Positions 14,007 through 29,014 of a stretch of DNA of 64,000 nt are shown here, piece after piece (within the stretch, counting starts at the first letter, position 1; each line of letters begins with the position of its first letter). Under the pieces are notes generated by a model. That model was not told where the DNA came from. It did not search any database and saw only the letters and a list, made by a program, of their open reading frames with translations. The position numbers and the translations under genes are program-made. The DNA is taken from positions 64,666,001 through 64,730,000 of the forward strand of contig NC_043003.1 of the NCBI RefSeq assembly GCF_006345805.1, given 5' to 3'. The DNA comes from Octopus sinensis. Taxonomy: Eukaryota.

Positions 14007-15213
14007 ACACACATACCTAGGTGAAAATAAGTATCATGAATAGGAAGTTTAAAATACTATCTGAAGCGAGTGAGGGTAGAGTGTCTGAGGAAGATAATGG
14101 AAATAGGGGCAGTGCGTGTGTGCGAGTATTTATGTAAGTGTGTGTGTGTGTGTGTTGTGTGTGTGTGTAAGAGATATTAGACTGTATGAATGAGTAAAGG
14201 AAGAGTAGGGCAGTAGGAGATGTAAAGGCGGTTAATATTATTGGTATGTGGTGGTGGTGGTGGTGGTCATGGTGAGGGTGTCAGAAAATGAGGAAATTAG
14301 TGTGGATTATTTAAGGGTTCTGGTAATATGAGGGAGGGACCTTTGTGGTGGTTGTGGTTGTGCTGGTGGTGGTGAATAGTCTAATGAAAGAATTAAAATA
14401 ATGTTGTTATCGTTGTTGTTGTTAAGTCTGAGAATCTGAAGTCATCCCTGATCGAGTAACCCTTTGAAGTCATTTGGTTGTTATTTCCAACAAGTCGGGT
14501 GACAACGTGAAGTAGAAGGAGAGGTATTTAGCACAAAACAGAGGTACCTGATATGAAATAGATGTACCTTGCTGCCAACGTTGTTAATAATGGAGCTTTT
14601 AGCCACAGGTCAACCGGGATTGAACATACCTATGCAAACAAATATTCCTGTCATGGCCATCCTGTTTTCTCCTACATGTAAGAAACCTAGAGCTACGTTA
14701 CCCAACGTTTCAAGACGGTTCACTGTGATTTGGGGTAGACTTGGCTGCTATTTCTAGCATGTCGAGCAACCACGTAGAACCCTCTAGTTTGCTCATAAAG
14801 TTCGTGGCGGTAGAGATTTCTTTTATTTCTTTTGTCTTTCACTTGTTTTCTGTAATTGAACTACGGCCATGCTGGGGCACCAGATTGAAGAGTTTTAGTC
14901 AAACAAATCGACCCCAGGACTTTGTAGGCCTAGTGCTTATTCAATCAGTTTCTAAATTACGGGGACGTAAACACTTCAACATCGGTTGTCAAGCGATGGT
15001 GAGGGGGCGGGGCAAACACAGACACACAAATACACACACACACAGAGGCACATATACGACGGTCTTCTTTCAGTTTCCGTCTACCAAATTCACTCACAAG
15101 GCTTTGGTCGGCCTGAGGCTATAGTAGAAGACACTACCCAAGGTGTCACGCAGTAGAACTGAACCCGAACCATGGTTGGGAAGCAAGCTTCTTACCACAC
15201 AGCTACTCCTGCG

Positions 15214-15263
<50 letters not shown>

Positions 15264-15265
15264 TA

Positions 15266-15357
<92 letters not shown>

Positions 15358-16162
15358 ATATATATATATTTATATATGCAACAGGCTTCTTTCAGTTCCC
15401 GCCTTCCAGATTCATTCACAAAGCTTTGGTCGGGCTATAGAAGATAATTTACCCAGAAGCCACGCAGAAGGACTGAAACCGAAACCTTGTGGTCGGGAAG
15501 CAAATTTCTTACCACGCAGCTGCTCTTGCTGTTGTTTAGCCCCACGTCACACCTTTGACAAAAGACATTCCATCAATAACTGTCTATATGTTTTTGGCCC
15601 TTTAAAAAAGAACCGGTTGCGTACGATTTGCAGGTGATTTGACTTCTATTCCTAGCAGGTCGAATGATCACGTTCAAGTTCCTTCATTTTTTCGCGGGGT
15701 GGTTTGTTGTTTGTGATAGTGTAGTTGCGATAGTGATGCTAGAACAGGGTGATATATAGGGTATTAATGTTGGTAGCGAAGGGGTGGTCGTAATCGGAAT
15801 TGTGCTGATGTGATAGTAATGGGGGTAGCGGCGGCGGTGGGGATGGGGGTGGGGGTGGGGGTGAGGATGTTGACGTTAATGAGGAATATATTGGTGTCAG
15901 CTGTATTGTGAGTAGATTATAACACGCTGTGGGGGACGGGTGGTGACGGTGATAGTAGTAGTAGTAATAGTAGTAGTTGTAGTAGTGGGAGGAGGTGGAA
16001 GAGATTGCCGCCTTGACGATGGATGGACAGTGATGGTGGGGGTAGCGTTGTCGTTCATGGAGCATTGTTCACACCCCTCCATACACTCACATGTATTATA
16101 TACATAGTGTGCGTGAATTTGTGTGTGTATGTGTGTGTGTGTGCGCGTGTGGCGTAAGTATA

Positions 16163-16203
<41 letters not shown>

Positions 16204-16254
16204 ATATATATATATATATTATATATATATATATATATAGTTACGCTACGCACA

Positions 16255-16354
16255 NNNNNNNNNNNNNNNNNNNNNNNNNNNNNNNNNNNNNNNNNNNNNN
16301 NNNNNNNNNNNNNNNNNNNNNNNNNNNNNNNNNNNNNNNNNNNNNNNNNNNNNN
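16255..16354. other. Assembly gap (100 N)
   Basis: Run of N. Confidence 1.
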
Positions 16355-17689
16355 CGGATGCAAGACAGTGGCCTGGCTAAATCGTTAGCATACTGGGCGA
16401 AATGCTTAGCGGCATTTCTTCCAACGTAACTTTCCGAGTTCAAATTCCGCTAAGGCCGATTTTGCCTTTCCTCTTTTCAGGGTCCATAAAATAAGTACCA
16501 GTTGAGCACTGGGGTCGATGTAATCAAATTACTGGCCATGTGTCAAAATTTGAAACCTATTTACATGCTGGGTTCCAAACCAGTGGTTTCCAAACTTTGG
16601 TTCTATGGCCTCATTCCTAGTGCCCCAACTCCTACTCACCATCATAGACACAAACCATTTTCTGCAGCAAATTCAAGACAACTGTATTTCAGATATAAGA
16701 CTTAACCTAATTAACTATTTATGTTGGTTTTTTTTTACATCCATTGCCCGTTTTGGTCACCCCGTTATCGCCCCATTTTTCTTCAATGCCCTCCTGGATC
16801 TTTCCACCGCTCACTTTGAGGAACCACAGATCCAAACTTGTGTCTAGGAATTTTGATATTCAGTAGTTTTTTTTTGTCGTGTACGTTGAGAGCCGGACGT
16901 ATCCTTGACATGTTACCCAACTATCTAATCATACAGCGTTCTATTTTAAGAAATGTGGTACGTGTATTCAAAGACATAGTATTCGATGGTGCAACAGTGC
17001 TAATGATAATGATGACGATGTTTTTAAGAAAGGAAAATTCCAACCAGCCATTTTCTTTTCCATCTGTTTTTTATTTTTATTTTGGCGGGTGAAGGAAAAA
17101 TAACCGATATTGTAAACACCATGTTAGCGTTGATAGAACAAACCTACGATCAAAAGAATTCCAGATGTGGCCACCCTGTCTTTTACTTTTCTTGTGTATT
17201 TTGTTTTAGATGTATTTGGTTTGGAAGACATTTGGCTACAATTTCTAGCAGGTCGAACAAACATCATAAAAAAGATCGATCCTCTGATGACCCGAATGAA
17301 TATTGTAATCCAGGGACCGCATGACTAGTGGTTTCCCATGTATGAATTCCTGTCCTCTTCCTCCTCCTCTCCACATCACCGATGTCACCCAAGGGAAGCA
17401 CAAGGGCCAATACAGCTTGCTGCCATTGTTGTCGGAGACGTTTGTCACAAGGCTGCAAAAGGGTCACGGAATATCACGTCCGACGTTCTTACAATTACGT
17501 CACCTCACCCATTCAGCAAAATACTTTATTTATCGACCCACGAAAGGTGGTATATATATATGAACTTGAAACGTACAATACGGGAATACCGCTAGGTATT
17601 CTATAATGAATGGCGACAGTCAAACGACTGAAACAAATAAAAGAATAAAAGAATAGAAAAATATAAGTATATATATATATATATATATA

Positions 17690-18147
17690 CTCTTTTACTC
17701 TTTGTTTCAGTCATTTGATTGTGGCTATGCTGGAGCACCGCCTTTAGTCGAGCAGATCGACTCCAAGACTTAGTCTTTGTAAGCCTAGTACTTATTCTAT
17801 CCGTCTCTTTTGCTGAATCGCTAAGTTATGGGGACGTAAACACACCAGCATCGGTTGTCAAGCAATGTTGGGGGGGGGCAAATACAAGCACACAAACATA
17901 TGCATACACTTACATATTATATATCTATATATAGATATATATATATATATATATATATATAGATATATATAAATATATAATTATATATATACGACGGGCT
18001 TCTTTCTGTTTTCCGTCTACCAAATCCACTCACAAGGTTTTGATCGGCTCGAGGCTATAGTAGAAGATAACTTGCCCAAGATGCCACGCAGTGGGACTGA
18101 ACCCGGAACCATGTGGTTCGTAAGGCAAGCTACTTACCACACTGCCA

Positions 18148-18150
<3 letters not shown>
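17690..18150 (-). mobile_element. SINE family B, about 0.7 kb upstream of the LRR exon
   Basis: Reverse complement of family B with expanded internal (TA)n. Confidence 0.85.
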
Positions 18151-18183
<33 letters not shown>

Positions 18184-18192
18184 CTCTCTATA

Positions 18193-18277
<85 letters not shown>

Positions 18278-18813
18278 CATACATACATATATATACATTA
18301 TATATATCAGTTGGTCAGCTGATTTGATAGTAGCTAAGCAGGAGGTCTGTGGGAGCCTAGCTATTATTATTTGTTGTGAGTGGGGGAAAAAAAATGCAGG
18401 AAAGTAAAACAAAAACAAAAAGCTTGTGAGGGAGGTAAAATAGAGTGAGAGTAATCAGTCAGACAGCTAAAGACTGCTAGACTTACAAGGCCTGGCAAGA
18501 CCGTCAGGTTTGGTGGTAGTCAAAGCAGGCGCAGACCGACATACATTTAGACAGTCAGACCGATAGGCAGAGAGATACAAAACAAACCAGGCATGCTTTC
18601 GTAGTCGCCGAATTATACAGTTTAGTTATCTTTTTTTTTTTTGACTCAACTCATTCATGGAATCTCTCAGTTGGACTCCGTTCTCGTACTATTAGCATAC
18701 ATGCATGTTTCAATCTATTTATCCGTCTCTTTATCACAACCATCATCAGCATCATCAGCGACAGCAAAACAATCAATAGGCACAACAACAACAACAGTAA
18801 AAGCATCGCCATC

Positions 18814-19312
18814 ATGCTACCTTCCATGATGTTCTCCGCGCGGCCCCTGGTCGCTGTTATATTGTGGACATTACAATACGGATCTTCTGCTTACGCCTTG
18901 GGTACGTGTCCGGGACAGTGTCGGTGCAACCGTGTGCAAGTGCAGAAAGTTAGCGGAAATAATGACTTTATATACAGAACGCTTTCCAGTAACGCTCATA
19001 CCATTCAAAATTATTTTCAACACCCCCAACACAATTGTATAATCAGCTACAAAATGCCACACTTCGGACGCTTAAGGCTTTACACTGGCCATGGAACCAA
19101 CGCGGATAACTGGAACAGACTCCATTGGACGGAGGTCAGAAAGTATTGGCATAGAACACACTCGCTTCGACAGATGACACAATACAAGAATGATATGAAA
19201 ATCTATAATGAAACTAGATCACGTGTTCATATGCAACAGAGTGGTCGATATCGATACGGTACCGATCTAATGTGTGTTGGAATCAGAGATTTACCGACAT
19301 CATTACCTACAG
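18814..19312 (+). CDS. First coding exon of a secreted or membrane leucine-rich-repeat protein (signal peptide + LRRNT cap)
   Basis: ATG at 18814 (alternatives 18826/18829). Hydrophobic signal-like segment PLVAVILWTLQYGSSAYA, then CPGQCRC ... DLMCVGIRDLPTSLPT, matching LRRNT CPxxCxC...C....lP..lP. Ends at a consensus donor AG|GTAAGA (intron starts 19313, phase 1). Non-repetitive composition over 166 codons. Confidence 0.8.
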
Positions 19313-19329
19313 GTAAGAAAAACAAACAC

Positions 19330-19362
19330 ATATACACACGCATACACACACATAAATATACA

Positions 19363-19393
<31 letters not shown>

Positions 19394-19930
19394 GTACATA
19401 CATACATACATATATACATATATACATATGTACATACATATGTACATACATACATATGTACATATATACATATGTACATACATACATATGTACATACATA
19501 CACACATGCATGCATGCCTACATACATACTACATACACGCATGCGTGCATGCATAATACATACATACATACGTACATACATACATACATACATACGTACA
19601 TACATACATACATAAATACATATATACGTGCATACCTACACACACATACATACGTACGTACATACATACATACATACATACGTACATACATACATACATA
19701 CATACATGCATATATACATACGTACGTACATACATACGTGCGTAAATGCATACATACATACATACATACATACATACATACATACATGCATACATACATA
19801 CATTTATACATTCATACATACATAAATACATACATACACACATACATACATACATACATACATACATACATACATACATACATACATACATACATACGTA
19901 CATACGCGCGTACGTACGTACGTACGTACA
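19330..19930. repeat. (CATA)n / (CGTA)n microsatellite at the start of the intron
   Basis: About 600 bp degenerate tetranucleotide tract. Confidence 0.95.
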
Positions 19931-20446
19931 TGCTATGTACAAAACTTTATGACAATCACAACAGCAATAATTATAGCTACAACAACATTGAGAGTAAAAT
20001 AATTTCTAGATTTATTGTGCGAACAAGTGATTGTAAAGTTTATATGAAAAAGGAAAATTCGGTTCGTTCGCCAATTTTGTTTACATACACAGATAAATAA
20101 ATAATACACGCACAAATAAGTTTATGCATACATACATATATCACACACACAGGCACACACACACACACACACACATACACACATACAAAGATATGGATTT
20201 TTTGCGATATGAACGAGTTAAGTAGTAAGTTAAAAGTTTTTTTTCAGAATTCAAGTCATGTCTATATTGAGTTTCGTAATTACGGTTAATTGCTTGGGTA
20301 TGCGTACGCACGCACGCTCGTACATACATACATACATACATACATACATGCACACACTTATATTTGTACATGTCTTCACACACATACTCTCTATGTACGT
20401 CTGTATGTATATTATCTGTCTGTCTGTCTGTCTATCTGTCTATCTG

Positions 20447-20518
<72 letters not shown>

Positions 20519-20907
20519 TGTATGTCTGTCTATCTATCTATCTATCTATATACCTACCTACTATCTATCTATCTATCTATCTATTATCATCATCTATCTA
20601 TCTATCTATCTATCTATTGTGTATATGGTGGTGTGAGTGCGTATTATGCGCGCGTGTGTGTGTGTGTATGTGTATGTGTGTGTGTATGTGTGTGTGTGTG
20701 TAGTGTGTGTGTGTGTGTGTGTGGCCCATACGGAAGAAGGAAGCTCGCCTGTTTAAATTGCTTTAACAAGTGACCGGGCTATTTCTCTTCAATCAATAAT
20801 GTTTACGATTTAGGCTTATGTATTATTTGCTCTGTGGAATTTATTGAGGCTTTGAGCGCTGATTGACATATTTGGAAGAGGATTTCCTTATAGATGGATA
20901 TATTGGA

Positions 20908-20963
<56 letters not shown>

Positions 20964-21189
20964 ATCAGTGTTACATATGTATGTAGACTAATAGATAGAA
21001 TGATCTATATGCATACACGTATGTGTGGTATATATATATATATATATATATATATGCAGATACGTGTGTGTGTATCGAGAGAGTGAGAGAGAGAGAGGGG
21101 GAGGATAGAGAAAGAAAAAGAGAAAGTTTAAATGACAGTTAAAAGCATAAACGATCACCTGTATGGACATATTGCCGCACACACACACA

Positions 21190-21232
<43 letters not shown>

Positions 21233-22009
21233 GTATGCACAAATGCATACACGCGCTCGCACTCACACACACACACACACACACACAAGCAAGTACACAT
21301 CCGTATTATCTAACACAACCAAAACTCATAGAGCTCCTCTACGCCTCCACCACACACATACACACCCACATATATATATTCACATATAAACGGGAGAAAA
21401 TAACTCAATATATGTAATAGAGTATATTTAGTTCTTCGAACCGGATGATTCATGTTGCGTTCACCATTACTACTTCCACTAGTGCTGGACTAGACTTGAA
21501 GGTTGAGTGTGTGCTGCAAGACGCAGCCTTCGAATTTGCCGACCCGAGGGCCCTCACTGCTTATAAAAAAGCTTATACAGCTAACCCAAATGTGCGGCCT
21601 AATTAAATGCGTCGCCCGGGGCACACTGACACTTGTCACCCTCTGGCTACGCAGCTGCGCGGGACATTCCGTTTATCAATTGTTAGTAGCGCATGATAGC
21701 ATTTCCCACAACTTCTCACCATATACATCCCTCTGTTAGTTTCTGCATCATTGATGCAACCAGCGTACGTCTATGTTCTTTGGCCGATAACATAGGACAT
21801 ATTTTACCTCGTCACATCTAAGAAGTCTCCTTACCAAAGGGCCTCAGCCGACCAATGCTTATTACCTTTTTAATTTAATTTTTGTTAAAGTTTAACTTTC
21901 TGAATGTTATGACGACTGAGTAGGAAATCGTGAAGCAAGCTGACAAGCTGTCTCTTCTATAACCAATCATCCATCCATCCATACATGCATGCACATACAT
22001 ATGTATGTA

Positions 22010-22040
<31 letters not shown>

Positions 22041-22048
22041 ATAATATG

Positions 22049-22080
<32 letters not shown>

Positions 22081-22119
22081 TGTATATATATAGTATATAA
22101 ATATAAATATGTATATGTA

Positions 22120-22169
<50 letters not shown>

Positions 22170-23470
22170 ATGTGTGTGTGTGTTGTGTGGTGGTGTTCAT
22201 ACAACCACATGGTTCCGGGTTCAGTCCACTGCGTGGCACCTTGGGCAAGTTTCTTCTACTATAGCCTCTGGCCGACCAAAGCCTTGTGAGTGGATTTGGT
22301 TGACAGAAACTGAAAAAAGCTTGTCGTATATATGTATATATATATATATCTTTATATATATATATATATGTGTGTGTGTGTATGTGTGTGTGTGTATGTA
22401 TTGGTGTTTGTCTTATATGTTTGTGTGTCTGTTTTGTTTTCCCCCCAACATCGCTTGACAAACCGATGCTGGTGTGTTTACGTCCCCGTAATCTAGCGGT
22501 TCGGCAAAAGAGACCAATAGAACAAGTACTAGGCTTACAAAGAATAAGTCCTGGGGTCGATTCGTTCGTCTAAAGGTGTTGCTCCAGCATGACTGCAGTC
22601 AAAATGGCAAACAAATAAAGCATGTATATATTGATAAAACTGAACCATGATTGCGCCCAAATGCATATCTGAAACAGCTGTAAGGCTATAATACATAAAT
22701 AAACGAATATAACCCATTATTTCTGTCGATTATATATATCTTATCTATGCATATACATACCCACACGCACACACGAAAATTTACGCACGCACACATACAT
22801 ACACATACACACACAAACTTGCATGTCTGTGTGGGTAAGAAGCTATTTTGCAACCCTGTGGATTCTGGTTCAGTCCCACTGCGCAGTATTTTGGGCGGCA
22901 AATGTCTTCTACTATAGCCCCGGCCCGATTAACGACTTGTGACAGGATTTGCTAGAAAGAAACTGTGTGGAAGACCTTCGAACATAAATGTATATGCGTG
23001 TGTGTTTGTGTCTGTGCTTGTCTTTCACCATCACTTGAGAACCAACGTTAGTTTGTTTACATCCCTGCAACTTAAATGATTCGCTGAAAGAGATAGACAG
23101 AATAAGTACCTGACTTAAGATTGTTCGTAATCGGGTCGCTAAGACTGTAGCATGGTCACAGTCCAATGGCTGACAAAGGTAAAAGATAAAAAGTAAAAGC
23201 TATACATAGGTGCAGGAGAAGCTTGCTTCCCAACCACATGGTTCCGGGTTCAGTCCTACTGAATGTCTTGCGCAAATGTCTTCTATTATAGCCTCGGGCC
23301 GACCAAAGTCTTGTGAGTGGATTTGGCAAATGGGAACTGAAAGACGCCCCTCATATATATATATATATATAATATATATATATATATAGTTATTTTCAAA
23401 AGTGACCTCGGTGTTACCGTTGGCGATTTTTTTCCTCAGTCTTCCCTCTCTGGATCTTTCCTTCTCCTAT

Positions 23471-23505
23471 GTTTCCGACGAAAAGCTCCGCTAGAAACGT
23501 TAAAC
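23471..23505 (+). ncRNA. Decayed minimal hammerhead, same family as 32847
   Basis: GTTT-CCGACGA-AAAGC TCC GCTA-GAAAC-GTT-AAAC. About 200 bp of flank is homologous to 32776-32990. Confidence 0.45.
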
Positions 23506-23622
23506 CCTCCTTCTCCCCTCTTTCCTGAGGTCCAATAATACTATATTTGTTCCACGTCCTCGCGTTGTTGTGTTTTTTTGTGTTTCTTGTTTTGGATTAA
23601 AATATCTATATTATATAATATA

Positions 23623-23658
<36 letters not shown>

Positions 23659-23897
23659 CTATATATATATATATATATATAAATATATATATCAATACAT
23701 ACATACATATATATACATATATATACATAAATATATATATACACAACACATATATATATATACATATATATACATTATATATACATATAATACATATATA
23801 TATAAATGCATATATATATATATACATATACATATATATATACATACACACACACACACACACATATATATATACATACACATAGATAGATAGATAA

Positions 23898-23946
<49 letters not shown>

Positions 23947-24275
23947 GATAGATAGATACCATGACGACCACCAGCCAGCCAGCCAGCCAGCAGCAGTACT
24001 GTTCCGCTTCTGACACCCTATCACTTAAAGCAACACAACCTCAATTACATGTTACCGTACCATTACATGTACAACCAGCATAACATCATTATGTCAGTCA
24101 CTACACGAGGCTACCGCACCATTTCCACGGGAACCTCTACGTGGTCCCTCACTCGATTTGCTAGAAATAGGAGGCATGTGCCCTTGAATTACATCTTACC
24201 GCTTTGGAAAATAGGACACATGTGCTAATAGGTGCACTGTGCCTAAGGAAAAGGCGTGATAGTCATGACTGGACT

Positions 24276-24447
24276 CAGTAGCGTCGTTGGGTAGGGCGAG
24301 GGGATGCAGTCTGCCCCGAGCGGTGTTTTTATGGGAACGGGGCTTTTGTCTCTGCTATACAGACCTGAACAGGTAAGGAGACCTGGGGCGTGGATGCGGC
24401 AAGCACATGGGCTGCCCCAAGCGGCACACATTCTAGTTACACTACTG
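24276..24447. mobile_element. hAT-type MITE
   Basis: Short TIRs CAGTAGCGT / ACACTACTG. 8-bp TSD ACTGGACT / ACTCGACT (7 of 8 identical). Confidence 0.65.
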
Positions 24448-24514
24448 ACTCGACTGGTTTTGAAACTATGTCTCCTCAATCAAAACTGACAAGGGGTTAA
24501 ACATCAATAAAAGC

Positions 24515-24552
<38 letters not shown>

Positions 24553-25357
24553 CCCCAACATTGCAACCAAAGAGTCAATGAGGAGTTCACTATGCGGTTT
24601 CTTAATCTGCTAGAAATAAGAGCTAAATTTCTGTATTTAAATCACAACTTGCTGACTTAAAATAGGAAAGTCACATTTGGGAAAAGAGGTTTTTGGAGCT
24701 GGCAGCTGAAGTAAAAAGACGGGTTGGTCATGGCTGGAATGCTCTTTCTTATAGGATTGCAAAAACATGGCTGACCTGGTGATAAGTACTACTACCGTCA
24801 GCAGCGGCACCACCACCACCAACAACAACACCATCATCATCACCACCACCAATGTTGGGCTGGATTCTCTAAATAAGAAAAATACGAGATGGTCACAGCT
24901 GGAATGTTTTTTTTTATGTTGCTCGACCCGATAATAGCTGACCTGGGGTTAAACAACCACAACATCAACAACAGTGTCAACAACCAAAGTTAAGCTTCTA
25001 TTCTATCATAAGAAGCAGTAAAGCTTTAAAAGAAATGCAAGAAAAATAAAATGGCAAAAAAAAAAACCAAAGAAAACGAAAATCACACAAAAGTAAACCA
25101 CATTCTATACCACATCATGACTTTCATTACATAATTACAGTTAATTATCAGATTATCAGAAACATTATCCCTCTATTAGAGTCATTATTTAGCGTTAAGG
25201 GACGAAGAGCAGGGATATTTTACATAACGTAGTTAGACGCACAAAATTACGATAGTGACGGATAGAAAGCCTTTCCTCATAGCTTTGATCGACCAGCGTT
25301 GACCTGGGGTTAAACGAAAACAACGCCACCAAACATTCTTCTTATAATCACAGCAAT

Positions 25358-25737
25358 GGAAGCACTCCGTCGGTTACGACGATGAGGGTTCCGGTTGATC
25401 CGACCAACTGAACAGCCTGCTCGTGAAATTAACGTGTAAGTGGCTGAGCACTCCACAGACACGGTACCCTTAACATAGTTCTCGGGGATATTCAGCGTGA
25501 CACAGAGAGTGACAGAGGCGGCCTTTGATAGAAGGTACAACAGAAACAGGAAGAAAGAGTGAGAGAAAGTTGTGGTGAAAGAGTACAGCAGGGATCACCA
25601 CCATGCCCTGCCGGAGCCTCGTGGAGCTTTAGGTGTTTTCGCTCAATAAACACTCACAACGCCCGGTCTGGGAGTCGAAACCGCGATCCTACAACCGCGA
25701 GTCCGCTGCCCTAACCACTGGGCCATTGCGCCTCCAC
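25358..25737 (-). mobile_element. SINE family C, full length with 13-bp TSD
   Basis: tRNA head GGAGGCGCAATGGCCCAGTGGTTAG..GGTTTCGACTCCC. Perfect TSD TAATCACAGCAAT at 25345-25357 and 25738-25750. Relatives at about 5422, 7650, 33980 and 62648. Confidence 0.9.
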
Positions 25738-25952
25738 TAATCACAGCAATACCGTCTTTTAGAGAAGTAGATCGACCGAATCATTATCTTTTATTTTTTT
25801 ATTAGTTCTAGTCACTAGACTGTGGCAATGCTGGGGCATCGCCTTGAACCGTGTCACCGAAAGAATAGATCGATCGATCTCTAGGCTTATTTTTAAACCT
25901 GATACTTATTCCATCGGTATCTTTTGCCGAATTGTTAAGTTATGGGAATGTG

Positions 25953-26153
25953 CGAGGGGCTTTAAGGGTATCGCGAAAAGTTCCTGGTTTTTAAGAGTAT
26001 TGCGAAGGCCTGGCTGGAGGCTCAAACTTCCGAGTTATTTTACAGGTCTTAGAAAAAACTGAAGGACCTCTGCAATAAGCGTGTGAATCATAATTTACTG
26101 ATCCTCCTGTATTTAATTTTACACAAAATCAGGAACGTTTCAGCACCCCTTCG
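25953..26153 (+). mobile_element. Mariner-derived MITE
   Basis: Ends CGAGGGG..GAAAAGTTCCTGG and CAGGAACGTTTCAGCACCCCTTCG. Homologous to the copy at 27066. Confidence 0.6.
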
Positions 26154-26994
26154 AAAACGAATCACTGCTGATGAAGCAATGATGGGCGGATTAACACAAA
26201 CACAGACACATACATATTTATACATACATACATACATACATACATACATACATACATACATACATACATACATACGTATGTATATACATACATACATGCA
26301 TACATACATACATACATACATACATACATACATACATACATACGTATGTACATACGTACATACATACATACGTATGTACATACGTACATACATACATACA
26401 TACATACACACAAACACATACATACATACATACTCTCTCTCCCACGTATATATGAGAACATTTTTATAAACTAACATTGAAGCACCGATTGAGTTAGTAT
26501 TGTTGAAATGAAAGAAATCGTGAACGCAGGAGAATAAACAGCTTAGAAGATCAGTTATTTTCTATTTATAACGGTGTTTTACCTGATTCTCAGAACTTTT
26601 TTCACAGCTGTTCTCCTGCGTTCGAGACTACCTTCATTTCTAAAACATACATATGTGAAATAAATATCAGAGATGTTTTGCCCTGCGCAGAAATTTCAGG
26701 AGTTACTCAGAGATTTTGCATTCTCTTCTAAATCCATTGCAATGCTTGAAACCTTTCCATATCGTCAGCAGGTATCTCTGGGTCACAAGCGCTTCGCCCA
26801 TTAATCTGCATGCTTCACCTGAGTGGGGTAGCGAGGACTGGCCTGGTCTTCACCTACGGAAGGGTTTCACGTGCAGTCTTTTATCAACCATAGCCATCTT
26901 GATTTAGTTTCAGCTGCTATGCCTATTTCCTTGGTGGCTTTCTTCAGTTTGTCTGGGTTTCAGACCTCATCTTCTGCAGGAAATAACGCACTGA

Positions 26995-27047
<53 letters not shown>

Positions 27048-27065
27048 ATATAATATATGCATAAA

Positions 27066-27255
27066 CGGATAATGAAAAGTTCCTGGTTTTAAGGGTATCG
27101 CGAAATGCTCAGTTGAGACCCAAACTTTTGACTTCTTTTATAGGACTTAAAAAACTGAAGGATCAACTGCAATAAGTGTGTAAATCTGGGAGGGGAATAG
27201 CTTGAATAGAATCGTAATTAGCTGATCCTCCTGTATTTTCTTTTACACAAAGCCA
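27066..27255 (+). mobile_element. Mariner-derived MITE, second copy
   Basis: Similar to 25953-26153. Carries a frameshifted GLKKLKD/CNKCVNLGGE*LE relic of the mariner C-terminus. Confidence 0.6.
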
Positions 27256-27411
27256 CTCATTATTTACGTATCTCACTCGTTTTCCCCTCGTCTGTTTATG
27301 TATTTCATGTTATTTGCACTGTTGGTAACGTCCTGTACCCATATATGCATGTATGCATGTATATATATATATATATATATAATATATATATATATATACA
27401 CATACATATAT

Positions 27412-27442
<31 letters not shown>

Positions 27443-28539
27443 TATTATTTATTATTACACATACATATATATATAATTATATATTATTATTACACACAAC
27501 ATAGCACACACACACACACACCACACACACACCACACACACACACACACACACAACAGGCTTTCGTATACCAAATTCACTCACAATGCACTGTATGGTAC
27601 GGACCATATTAAAAGACACTTGCGCAAGGTTCTACGCAGACTGAGCCCAAAATCCACATGGTTGCAAAGTAACCTCCTTAACAAAGCAACCATTCCTGTG
27701 CCTCTACAGTATTATTTATTTTGTCTGGTTTTGAAGGTTCTGGGTTCAAATCTCGCAGATGTCAAATGATTCTTTCGAAATCGTTAACAAAGTATGAGTG
27801 AAATATTGGAATCAATTTGATTAATTATCGATCTATGCCAACACGCTATGGGTAAAATGGCGCAGTCGAACCCCAAATTTCTGCTCAGTTGTACATCCTA
27901 TCATTTTATAAGATGTTGGGAGTGCAACTGAGTGAATATTTGGCTGCTATTTCTAGCAGATAGAGTAATAGACTCCCTCATCGACTAATGGTATACAATA
28001 GCTGTACTTATGTGACAATGAGAATAACACTCTTTTAATAAGCTGTGTTTCATGGTTATGATTCACTTCGAGTTTTTACCAGGCACAGAGAATGACAAAT
28101 ATTCTGACGTCATACGGAAACGTTTCATCAACGTCGCTGAGGTTTGCACTCTAAGAAAGACGTAGTGACGTCACAGTAAATGTGAACTTCGCACGTGATT
28201 CATTATGGGACTCTTCTGCGGTCTTCATTATTCAATGTCCTTTTAGTTCTCGACATCAGAATGTATGTGATAGAGGGGGGATTTAGTTGTGATTTCAAGC
28301 ACGTCAAGCGACCGCATAGAAACAACGTCATAATCTCGATTATTGTTTTGCTCAAGTTAACCTTGATTAAATAGACCTTTGATTAATGATACTCCAGCCG
28401 CGACCATCCCATTTTCTTGTTTCAATTGCAGTGCATTTAAACAGTTACGGAGTGCATTAGTACCGCTATAGCAACGATTCTGTATTACTTACTGATGTCC
28501 CAGGATCTTACACTGTATTACAAAATGCTCTCTTAATCT

Positions 28540-28800
28540 ATTTAAGCCTTTCTCTCCTTATGGGGCGCAGGCCATCGATGACTTCTCTCCACTGATATCG
28601 ACTGCTTTTTCAACTTTACATCAGTATCCTGTCTCCAGTAATTCTTAGGGCGTCCGTTCTTCCGCCCCTTTTGTTGGTTCCCGGACAGGGCCTGGCGTGT
28701 AGTGCAATATATTGGTTTTCTTTCGTATTTTGCTGCACAGTGTCACATGCTTCCCATGTGTGAAGGCCTTTCTCTCCTAATTTTCGATTCCGAATTCTCA
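28540..28800 (-). mobile_element. RTE-clade LINE 3' relic, more decayed
   Basis: TRQALSGNQQKGRKNGRPKNYWRQD resembles the RTE C-terminal TRQALxWNPQGKRKRGRPKNTWRR motif. Confidence 0.6.
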
Positions 28801-29014
28801 TCGATATTTCTACAACATTGCTTTTTACTGTAAGGATTTGGCCAAACGCAAACCAATTTTACTTCTAGTAAGAAGTGGTCTTCATTAATTTACCCTCTGT
28901 CTTTTCTCCTGACCAGCATGAGAGGCCCTCGCAGGAGCTTGTTCTCTCCTGGTGTACCTCTCATGGTCGTTGGGGCATAGAAGTCAACACAGCACGATAA
29001 GGACTGGACATATA

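Noticed and set aside
17283-17310. CTGATGA..GAATATTGTA
   Set aside because: Lacks GAAA and stems; likely a chance match.
18630-18670. Poly-T plus CTCTCAG as a splice acceptor upstream of the ATG
   Set aside because: Plausible but cannot be distinguished from 5' UTR sequence without transcript data.
19313-20100. Extension of the 428-aa ORF (HTYI repeats)
   Set aside because: It lies beyond a consensus splice donor and is just translation of a stop-free (CATA)n microsatellite.
28100-28175. CTGACGT..GAAACGTT and CTGAGGT..GAAAG hammerhead-like strings
   Set aside because: Position 9 is not A and stems II and III do not form convincingly.
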